This document shows positions 13,301-25,300 of a stretch of 64,000 nucleotides of DNA, piece by piece. Source of the stretch: Lytechinus pictus (lineage: Eukaryota); NCBI RefSeq assembly GCF_037042905.1, contig NC_087245.1, forward strand, positions 22,446,001 to 22,510,000. The letters run 5' to 3'. Numbering within the stretch: the stretch's first letter is position 1; each line of letters starts with the position of its first letter. The notes under the pieces are model-generated. The model did no database searches. It had not been told where the DNA came from and saw only the letters and a program-made list of their open reading frames with translations. A program made the position numbers and the translations under genes.

Positions 13301-16300
13301 ATCTCATCCCTAATACGGACCTGGTTTGATCTGGAATTAGTCTGGCTGTGTAGACTCTTCAAGTGATTCAATTCCATCTCCAAGTGGTTGATCTGTAGGG
13401 TTTTCCTTCTGTCATTCTCCTGTAACTCCACAATCTTGTCCCACAAAATACCCCCAGCCAGGTCTTCAGCAATGCGCGATTGGACTGCAGGGGGTATGGG
13501 TGCTTCCTGTTCAGGTGGTGGTGGTGGCGGCCGTTGAGGTGCTGGTGGTGGTGGCGGTCCTTGAGGTGGTGGTCCTCGAGATGGCGGTCGTCTGGGTGGT
13601 GGTGTTGGTGATCGAGGAGCTGGTCGGAGTAATGGCCCTCTGTGTGGTGATGGTTGTCGCCGAGGTGGTGGTAGTGGTCGTTGGGCTGGTGGTGGTGATC
13701 GAGGAACGGTTGCTGATGCTGCTGGTTCTCAAGCTGGTGGGGGTGATGGAGGTGGTGTTCCTGATGCAACCAGTTCTCGAGGTGCTGATGGGGGTGGTGG
13801 AGGTTGACGAGGAGCAGTTGCAGTTGGTTTTGGCAGTACTGGTACTGTTGGTTGATCTGAAAGTGATGCCAAAGTCTGAGGTGCTGGCATTGGTCCCATT
13901 TCCTCTCTACTTTCCCTCATCTCTTCCAATCTCTGTAAGCCCAATGTTACGTGGTCTTCGATTGGTGTTGTTTTGGTGTTGTACATCATAGCACTTTCTT
14001 TGGAACTGACAGAAGGACGTGGGGCCTGTCCGGCGATCATGGTTGCTTTCTGTGCAAGGAGACAATGAGAGAAGTAGAGTAATCAATTAAAGATGTTATA
14101 TGAATTTTCAAACACAGGTATGTTATTACCACAATTAACCTCCCTTTAATCGATATAAATATCTAAATTAAGTGTATTTATATATCACTTTATTTGCAAA
14201 TCTGCACATTAAACGAATACAATATACGCCCAGGACACTTCCCTTTGAGAGAAAATGCAGGGCAATAACATTCAATACAGAAGAAAAAAAAATCTTACAA
14301 TACAACACAATAATCAACATATCACATATATCTAGAAACACCAGTAGGTGCCTCTGGTGGACCGGAACAGGCACGACGCAAGCTGAGACCGGTCAAACGC
14401 CAGCCAAAGAGCCGCTGATGTCCTTGAAAAAGCGTCATGTATGGCGCCGTCCCTCATAGCACCGAGGCATGCAGCCTCGACAGTCGTTGCAGTAGCAGAC
14501 CATGTATAAAAAACAAATGAAGGCCAAATGTAAATAATGACTTATTTAAATGAGTGGGGTATACCAGGAAATGCACCGATGTGAGCAGAGGGAAGGAAAA
14601 TGGAATCCGTCTATGCACTCGAAACACGGAGAGGGAGTTTGTTTTCCACATATTCAGATATTTTGAGTAGTAAATGACAAAAGATGACACAATGGCCAAT
14701 TTTCATATATTCTCTGAGAATCCTTTGTGCGGTGTGGCACTTTTACACTTAACACTCGGCTAGAGCGAGCGGACATACAAGCTCCGATCACTTGTCACTT
14801 TTACACTTGTCACTCAATAAACAATGCACACACCCCGCGTGTCAAAGATCAGAATACAGGAAAACATGACAGAGTGCGTTCTGGTGTGATGTTCGAGTGT
14901 CAATACGCTGCGACGGCCGGAAATGGCTCGCCGCGTGTTGGCGTGTACTCAGAGATTGCTGACTGGTACTGTATGTGGTATACTGCACTCCTAATTGTTA
15001 ATGAATCCCTATTACCATATTTTCTATATAATAACTAACTGAGAATCTTTCTATTTGAATTAACTTCTTTTTTTTCTATTAGCTTGCAGCTGCTGTTGAG
15101 AATTTAAAGCACATTTTCACTGTCCCAGAAAATGTCAAGAAAACAGAGATGTACATTCAAGAAGAGAGGCTGTTGCATGCTCATAAGGGGTAAGACCTTT
15201 CTATCTGAAGACTTTTCCTTTCGTTTGTTGTTTACAATTAGAATGTTGAGTTTCGATGAATTTGAAAATGAAGTTTGATGAAGAGAGAAGTAGATCATCA
15301 GATAAGTTCCATTTTCTAGTACTGCAAGATACTTAAAATTGTATGTATTTTTTAGGTTGATGGAGCTAGAGAGTTCACGTGATGACCTTCTGTATGAATT
15401 ACACAAACAACCATCAGACAATCCGACTGATAACCATGTAAGTTTATATCAAGATGTTATACATGTAAATCCATCTTTCAGGAATTTCTTGCAGATGTCA
15501 ACTGGTAGAATTTATTAGCCTTTAATGATTAAAAAAATGTGTTTTTGGATCATTGGTTTAAAATCATGGTTTATGCAGATTTCATGTATTTCTCTTAAAT
15601 CATGCAATAAAATCTTATCCACAGGATGTTAGATTCATGCTTGAGTTGAGTCCACTCTTTTTTATTTGAATAAAGAGTAAACTCATTAGTTCAAAATTGT
15701 TGGGTCACTAATTCTCATACCATAGTTCATACCATAACAGCAAGTTTGAATTCAATGCCCTGCGATAATAGTGACTGTTCATTATAGAACATATCCACCC
15801 TGAATCAAGTGTGATTAATGCATGATATCTACGTCTACCATGGTTTCAAGCCACATATCATAAACCACTTTTGTTAATGCAGGCAATTTTATCTTGTTGG
15901 AGGCCTTGAGCAATGGTAATTAAAAAAAAAATGTGAAGCATTTGCTGCAGCACTTTTGTCATAGTTTTGACAGTAAATTGTGATATTTTTGTGGTATTGT
16001 AAAAAAATATCATAAAAATTCACATTATGCTGAATATTTCCAAACTCATGTCCTATTGATGATGTACATTTAAATTTTCATTTCTCTTTATCCTTATTTA
16101 CAATGAAAAAGTGTACTAATTGCAATGTAATTGTTGATTGATTCTTTTTATAGATGTGAACATTTTATATCCCATTCCTTCCCTTGTCATGACTTTAGAA
16201 AAATTGTTCTTTTCTGTTATTTCCTAATTTTATTTTCTTTGTTTAATTACAGTTACTGCAAAGATATTTCTCAGAAGTAGAGAAGCTATCAGTAAGTGCA

Positions 16301-19300
16301 AGAGATTTTATAGAATTCATTATAAACTGTTTTGATAGTACTAGAATGTTTTATACTTGCCATTGTTTTCTTCCCAAACGTGATAAAATTTTGTAAAAGA
16401 TTTATGGTGAACCATTGAAATATGTGCAAATGCATTTTTGGAATACTATGATTGTTATTACATTGTTTGGTGTAATCATTACAGATTTGAGATTTTTTTT
16501 AATTTTCTGTAAACAAAAAGTACAACCAAAATACAATAAAAGAAGCAATACATAGTCAAATATCACAAGTACAATGTTAATCACGATAATACATGACATT
16601 TAAAGATATGATAAACAGGAAATGAGGTGAACTCAAGTGACTTTGGCTAATGATAAGAATGGATTTGATGTAATTGTAATACCTAGATGAACAATTCTTT
16701 CTTTCTCTTCCCATAGGATATGTTGTTTAAGCAGATTAGATTGGTCCTGCAGCGTGTTTTACTCATTGCCAGTAGACAGCCTCAGCTGGTGGTCACATGT
16801 GTACGTATCATAGAAAGAGAAGAGAGGTGAGTGACCTTGTAAATTCATACCTCTCATTGGGATGTAGGCTTGCTAAGTCTTGACACATTGGTTCACATCC
16901 TCAGAGGTTTCAATAGACCAGTTCGAAGTTACTTCATGGACAATTTTGGTCAAATGACCTTTCATTTCTTTCATTGTGATAGGCAGATTTCAAAAGAAGA
17001 TATTTCGTAAGCATGCCTTACATAGCAGGATGAAGAAATTGAATAGACCAGGTGACTAGAATAGCACACAATGAACGCTCTCTGAAGGTATTTGTTGCAT
17101 TTCTACTTTGAATGCATATTTTCAGTATGTTGTACAATGTACTTGGCAAACTGTGAAATACCAGTCGTTCGTGGACGCATTGTTGTTTTTTGTGGATGTA
17201 AATGAAAGACACAATTCAAAAGAATATATGAATAATCAATCAATCAAAGTTGGTGCTTATCTCATTGAATTTTAAACCACCATGCTACTGAGTACCAATG
17301 ACCTTCCTCTGATCATGGGCAGAATCTTCTGATCATGCGCAGAATCTTCTGATCATGCGCAGAGTGGAACTACGAAGTGGCTTATTGTACTGTGGTACAA
17401 AACAATGGACTATGCCTATTTCTTGTACTATTGCGCTTCAATTAGACCCCCTTTGCCAAAAGAACGAATTTATAATTGGACTTTCCTTAGCGTACATAAT
17501 GAAATAAGTGTCATTATGTACATGATTTTGTACCATGGTACAATGACTCTTGATAATATGGGCGAGTAGTGTTACGATACTGCAACAAATAACAATGAAA
17601 ATTTAGTTCTAAATTTGATTCCTTTTTTTATTATAGGAAATAGATCAATCATACACTTAACAAAACAAAATCAAACATCTTACATGTCTTGAAGAGTTAG
17701 ATGTGCAATCCAAAGTTATGATAGTTCTGTATTCAATCCAGATAAAATCCAAGTTGGCTGGCCAAGATTCCTTAAATTAAAGTTCACAATGCTGTCGATG
17801 ATGAAATTGATGTTGAAACATGATGAATAATAAAAGTCACTATACCGAGTTGAAATGTCCGTTAAGACAAAGTTGGTGATGATAAACAGTCGATTTCAGT
17901 AATCGATGGGTCGAAAAGCATTCATTAAAACAGGTTGATGATCTTGATGAGAACTGAGAATTCCTCTCTCAAAATAACTGCAAACAGTTCATTAATGCTG
18001 TGCAAATAATTCCATAGAAGATAAATGTATTCCAGTCGGAAATAAACTAATAAAAATAATAATAATAAAAAATACAAAAAAATTACTCTATCTCATTAAA
18101 TATGTGTACCTTGCTAAGCTTAATTGAGGCATTCTGGAATATTCTTATTATGCAATGAACTTCCTGAGAGAAAAAAAATAACTAAATGACTGAATATACA
18201 TGTAATGTCTTACAACTCTTCTTTATAATAGTAGGTTTGAGACGGCCCTTGATCCTCCTCCCAAATCTCATTTTATGTCAAAGCCCATTCCAAATTGATG
18301 TACATCTATGAACTAGCTATTTCATGCCTAGTCATGTTTAACTGCTTGAACTCTTATGCATTGCTGGTCTTTGAACTTGGCACCTTTGCCTTTATAATCT
18401 GAACCCATTCATGTGTACAAATTTTTAAAGAGAGTTATATCGAGTGGTTTTAATTGTATTACTAAAAGCTGGCCCCACAAAATACATGTTAATGTAAATT
18501 TTGATAATTGTGAAAATGACTCGAGTATGCATATGTTACGTGTATTTGCTGTAGTAAAGAAATCTATATAATCTGATCAGAATGTATCTGAGCTTTTTGT
18601 AAACAGAGAGGAATATAAATGACATAACTGTGGAAGTGAAAAAGATCAGTTCAAATATAGATATATTTTTCTCTCTAATAGCTACGTTCTATTTTTGTAT
18701 TGTTCTTCAGAACCATATTAAGGCATTTTAGTCTCTCTCACTCTTGTTAGAAATCTTTGTATAATTTTTTCTCTATGATATTAACAGGATTGATAAGAAG
18801 ATGTCAGATAGAGAGAAAATGGCCGGTTTCAAGGCACCAGGAAGGCCTAAGAACTGGAGAAAGAGATGCATTGATGAACTTCAGAAGGTAGTTAATATCA
18901 AGTAAGTTGAAGACTATGCTTTCATTTGAAATTTGACACCCACTATATCAGCTGGTAAATTCATGAATTGCTGGTGAGATCAACTTTAAAAACACAAAAT
19001 GATAATAGCGTGTTTTGGCATGCACTTCAAATACTCCTTACAGCAAAGCATAGCTATCTATAACATGCTATGTAGTCAAGAATATACTATGCTCTAATAT
19101 TGCACAGACAAATCATGATGACCAAAATTTAATGTACCACTAAAATAGACATGTAGTTAATGATTAACTGTATTTTATGTCTTTTATAAAGCATCATTGT
19201 ATAATATTAATTCAATTCTATTCAAATCAGGGTGTTCAATAATAAATAATTTTTGAAATTTTTAGAATAAGAATAGTCCTGAAAAGAAAGCTTACAAAGC

Positions 19301-22300
19301 TTAGCATGGATGTCATCTTTCATAAATGATGTCGAATATTTCTGTCTCTCAGAATTGAAGCGAGCCAGCTTGAAGATCGTACAATGGAACGGATGTGGTT
19401 AGTGCGCCATCTAGAGTTGATCAGGCAATATATGGTGGAGGATCTTCGTATTGTCAAAGTAAGTGTTCGAAGATAACAATTTCTGTGTCATTTTCAAACA
19501 CCATGAAGATGATTTCAGTTTTGTTTGATATGTTGTAAATGTAGACTGCTTTCAGGGACACAGTTGAAATTGTACTTTTTCAAGACATTGGGCCGTATGC
19601 ATAAAAACAAGCAATTGCTTGTGCTAGCCTTTTGCTTGAATCGGTATGCACACAAACAAGCAATTGCTTATAAGCAAAAGCTTTTGCTTACAAGCACAAA
19701 CAATTGCTTACTACTCGTAAGCAAATGCTTACCAAACAAGCAATTGCTTAAAACCGTATGCATAAAACAAACCTTTTACTTGTCTTGATAAGCAATTGCT
19801 TGCGTTTTTTCAAGCACCTCCGGACCAGCTTGAGCTCTTGCTTACTCATGGCATTCTCGTTTAAGGATTAAATTTTCATACCGTTTCAAGCTCCATATTC
19901 CAGAGGTTATGTTGTGATTTCATATCTAATCAAATTCCTGTTATTTTAGACTTTTTACGGCAATTTTTGTCCATCGATCTACACAGAAACCCCCCTGATG
20001 CTCTGCGCTGTTTTCCCCCTATTTGCGTAATAAAAAATACTGCTACCAGGCCGGGCACGAAGCGTTGTTGTCCTACAGTGCGATGTTCGCACAACCGTAA
20101 CGATCCTTTGTCCAACACATAAGCAATTGCTTAGGCAGTGCAAGCAAAAGGTTTCAGCACAAGCAAAAGCTTGTGCATTCGAATTTAAGCAATTGCTTGA
20201 ACTTGCCCTTTTGCTTGACCAGCTCTTGCTTTTGCTTAAAGCATTTGCTTATAAGCAATTGCTTGTCTTTATGCATACGGCCCAGTGTGTGTGCAGGCAC
20301 AAGATCACGAAGATGAATATTTACCTCAAACTTGTTTATTTTTCTGTTTAACATCCTCCTTTATTTTGTGAAGGGTAATTATTTTCACATGACTCCATTT
20401 TCAGTTAATCCAGACTGGTGATGTGAAATGTGAAAGAATGTTTTTTATGTATTTCAGGGCCAAAGTAAGTCACTGCAACCATTTGATTCTCCAGATATTT
20501 ATAAAAGTAACATAAAATGACCTTTGAATATGCTACTAGTGAAGGGGGGGGGGGGGGGAGAAGCCATATATGTAGGATAGAATGGATATTTGTTTAAGAG
20601 ATATGTTGGCAAATAAAACACTTTTTCATCACTAAAACTCATCATTCATCACTGTATCTATCAGAGTCTGCCAGTCAAACTGAAAGGCCCGTATTCTGAA
20701 GTCGGGTTTAACTTAAACTCGGGTTTAAAGTTGTGGTTTAAGTATGGATAGCCAATTGTTACATAAATCACTAACAGTAGAGATATAATATTTCACCTCA
20801 TTTGGCTCTCAAATCATTCATAATTGTGTAGGAAGTATAAAAAGATGATTGTCTTCACCATCGATGAATCGGGAAAGAGCGCAGTAAATATAAGAAACAT
20901 ACAACTTAAACTTTTTTTGACACTTTTGGCTTCCCATAATTTTAGCACAGAGTTAGACCATGGTCTAAGATAAACCTGACTTCAGAATACGGGCCAAATT
21001 GTTAATTTTATATACATTATGCAATCATCTTTTCCATGAACTAACAGGACACTTTATTTTTCATATTTATAGCACCTGTGTGTACCACTATTCCCACCTG
21101 ATTACAAGATATTTGAATTCTTCATTAAGACCTACATACAGCATGTCTCTCAACATGTAAGTACTCAAAACAGATTTTGTTTTAACTTGGTAGTGTATAT
21201 TAGCAAATAGATATTAATTACATTTCAATACAAAACCTTTTGAGTACTTATATATAGATGGGTTTGTACAATTTGGATCTTAATGATATTCTATGTGTAA
21301 TGGTTATGGTTTGAATATATATAGAAAAGAATAAGTTATATATTTCTTCGCTCCATATGTAGACATATTTGTAATATTCTAATGGCCAGTGGCATTGAAA
21401 ATAATTTAGATCGGAAAATCATTGAAATAGTGAGTCCCTTTACAATTGTCGTCTTCACCAAATTGTCAGCTTTTATAGGGTTGTAGTTCAAAAGAAAACT
21501 TCCTCACGCATACATGATATTATGTACTGTTTAGCATGATAGACAATCGAGGGTTCAAATTTAAGCAAAGAAACAGGAAATTTTGCCCCTCTCCCAATTT
21601 TAAAGCAATTTTTGGAATGCGAGACAAATTTTTGAAGCTTTTAAATCATGTATACAAACTATAGTTTTATCCCTATTCCTGATTTAGCTCACTTCTAGGA
21701 ATACAATACAAAATTTTAAGCTTTAAAATCATTTAAGCAAACTATAGTTTATATCTCTGCTGACATTAGCTAGCTTTTATATTCAGAGATAATACATTGA
21801 TATTTTCTTGTTATCTTCAGCTTCAAGACCTAATAGGTTCTGGACTGGAACACAATGAGATCATTCAGATGCTCACATGGATTACAGAATTCAAGTAAGT
21901 CAACATCACATCAAGTTTTATAACAATATATGTCCTGTATACCATGTTACATATGTACTGTGAATTGACTGGTTTGACTCAATTTGAAACCTAAAACGAC
22001 TTGAATTGACCCCAAATTAAGTGACTTGTTACGATCCTACAATATCAAGAAGATATTAGTAGTATTATCAAATGAAGTATATATTGTAATGTTATATAAT
22101 TTGTGTTTTGCAGAGGTCTGATGCTCCTAGGTAATCTTGATATTGATATCAAGAAGATAACATTATACTATGAACTATGAATTGTTATGTTATATGAATG
22201 CTCTTCCTAATCCTAGTACTGATATAAAGGAGATATTATCATACTCTGAAATATAATGTTATATGATGTATATGATTTGTGTTTTACAGAGGTCCATTGC

Positions 22301-25300
22301 TGCTAGGTCATATCGATCTTAGTATTGATATTTAGAAAATATTATACTATGTAGTATGAATTGTAATGTTATATGATTTGTGTTTTACAGAGGTCCAATG
22401 CTGCTAGGTCATCCTGATCTTGGTATTGATATCAAGAAAGAACCTGATGCACTCTCGGATCAGATGGTAGAAGACCTTCAACAAGAGTAAGTCAAGTTTA
22501 CCATCTCATCACAGCATTTCTGTCACATTCATCTCCTCATGCAATAGCCCTTCCCAGTATGACTTCACAATTGTGCAAGTGTTGCACCAGTTAGTTGAAT
22601 AATTTCAAAGTTATGTCTCTTGTTCATCAGTGTTAGGTTTATCCTCTTATTGGAAGATGGAAAATAAACATTGATTGATTATCTATGAAAAAAATGTGTA
22701 CATATGATATCCTGAAAGATAAGAGCAGTGATTACAAGTTATGGAAATAAAAAATTGGACATGCAATATATTCTGTGCCATCTAGTGTATTTGAATTCTA
22801 AACATCCTGTATTTATCTGTCACATCAAATTAAGTGGCACCTAAGTCGCATTTTAAGAAATATTTACTTCATGACGTAAAATAAATGATCATATATTTAT
22901 ATGTATAGAATTGTTGGTGATACATTTAAAATAATATTTTCAAAATTTGTTTTGTTTTTTTCTTTACAGGTACATGAAGACTCTACACACTAATATTCAA
23001 AAGTGGATGTCAAATGCTATGGAAACAGACACCAAGGTATGATATTTGTGTAATGTGGTTGGGGGGGGGGGTGAGTTATGTTTTCATTCAATGAACTCAA
23101 ATAAAAATAGGCAGAATTGATTGAGAGAAATGAAAGATCAAAAATTCATCACAGAACAAAATGACACAAACCTGGAATCTGGAATTGAATTTCAGACAGA
23201 TGAAATCATTCTTGTCATTATTTCCATTTTTGAATCATTTCAGTTATAACAAACATTGTCAGAGGGCTTGATGACAACATCCATCGTTTGTATTATGTAT
23301 CAATATTGACAGTTCTTTTACTATGTCTTTGTTTATTCCATGCAATGAAGATAGTGTGGGTGGTTAGAGCAGAGAGCTTAATTGACACTTACAATTACTT
23401 GTGCCCTGATAGAAATCTAGCTCGCAGAGCATGCCCCTGTAATTCAGCAAACCGACTTGACTTTTGAAAACTAATATTTTTTTTATGCTGATATTGATAG
23501 AAGTGTGTAAAATATTAATTTATATAGTCTTGTGGCTTTATCAAGATTCAACATAGGTCTGGGTTTGATTCAGTACATGATCCCCGTTGACAGCTAATAG
23601 TTTATGTACTAGACCCTGTAAATGTGTCTAAATGGACCGATGTTGGAGTAAGAGGTTGCTGTTGAATATCTGTTTTTCTTTATAGGATTGGAATGGTGAT
23701 ATGGAACCTGATGCCGATGGAGAGGGTTATTTCAGGACACAGCTAGCAGTTATCATTTTCCAAATGATTGAACAAAATGTGAGTTCCATCTCGATGTGAT
23801 AAAACATTATAAAATTGATAGGAAATAAAAAATGCTGTGAAATTCTACAGTCCTCATTTTGAAATATTGCAGTGTTGGGTTTATATTTGACAGTTTCATT
23901 GCCTTATGATTTTGGATTTTCTTGATAAAATGCCAGACATTGTGTGTGACGCTATGGACTTAAAGATGGTTTACTGTTGGGTTATGAAAAACATGCAAGC
24001 CGTAAGCATTGCTATTTACCACACATATGTAGATAAAAAGTAAAAAATTTCCATTCCTATAAATTGATAATACAAGTTTCCTTAGAATGATGATTTGACT
24101 ATTGTATGCTCTTGCTTTTATCTTTTTCCTCCCTGACATACATGTAGCTTCAAGTATCCAATCAGATTAGCAAGGATCTAACAACCAAAGTGGTTCTCCT
24201 GTGTGTGGAAGAGCTTCAGCTATTCATCGATACATACAGAGGTCAGTTTGAAGACAAATATTCAATTCAAACTTCTGAGTAGCATTGTTACAAAGGGTGA
24301 AATGTGATACAAATTTGTACCTGAATTCCCGGTTTGCATGTAATAGATAACATATCACTGATTTTTTTTTCAGGGGCTCATTGTGGAAGGAGTTGGGTGT
24401 AGTCGCAACTCACAAAATCAAACACAAGTTTCAGACTTGCACTGCAAATCAAACTGAATTCGATTTTCCTGATCTTACCCTCCCAAATGCTTTTTCTTCT
24501 CCTTTTTTCTATCTAACTTCTCTAACCCTGTACTATTTCCTTTATTTCTCCTTTCCAAATTTTTTTCTTGATACTGACAATATACAATTATGCATGAATG
24601 TAATTTTAATAGTTTTAATTGTATCAGAAGATCAATGGTATACAGTATATTATCTACTTTGCACACTTGAACATTGTATTGTAAAATGTATTCAATGAAA
24701 TGTATACTTGTATTTTTAACTTTGTAATTCTTATGCAATTCAGTTTGTTAACTGCAATATGTGGAGAATTTTACAAATTATCTATCTATCTATCTGATAA
24801 TTTGTCCCTTGTTTAATGACTTGATTGTGTGTAGGGGGGGGGGGGGTTGCCGGATGGAAAGTTATGTTTCAGGAAAGAATGGTAATACTATTGATCTATA
24901 TACACACTGATACTTCAGTTTGAAATTTTAGCCTTTTGTTTTATGTAGTCAATTAGCAAATAAGGAGATGAAAGGAAAGTTGGTGCCTGAGTGAATGTTA
25001 ACTTATTAGCCGACTGCATCACCATGTATGGTATAAGTGAGCATTCAGTTTTGGTGGAAGGTGATCAATCAAGTCAAGTTTACCATGGAACAACCGACTC
25101 TGAGAGACAGAGGCTTTTGATCGTGTAAAGAGTCAGTGTTGTTTCCATGTGTCTCATGCTTCCCCTTTTGTTCTCCCTCAATCAGATGCCATCAGAGACT
25201 ATAAGACCAGTCACATGGCCGATAGGAGCCAACCAAGATTCTTCTTCCAATACATGGTAAGCCGGTATGGTGGTTCAGTGGTAGGGTGCCCATCTCATGA

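Larger units (their letters stand above)
8893..14971. mobile_element. 6.08-kb TIR DNA transposon derivative in EXOC3 intron 3, carrying a BEN-domain gene
   Basis: 49-bp TIRs (8893-8941 and 14923-14971, CAGTACMAGTCAGCAATCTCTGAGTACACGCC..., 2 mismatches), flanked by TA at 8891-8892 and 14972-14973. Confidence 0.9.

Noticed and set aside
13729..13731. Selenocysteine or readthrough interpretation of the TGA codons
   Set aside because: The sister repeat has CGA, I recognised no SECIS, and CpG decay is more parsimonious.
13368..13991. His-rich, Thr-rich and Val-rich ORFs
   Set aside because: Alternative frames and antisense of the Pro-rich linker; only the Pro-rich frame is continuous with the BEN domain.
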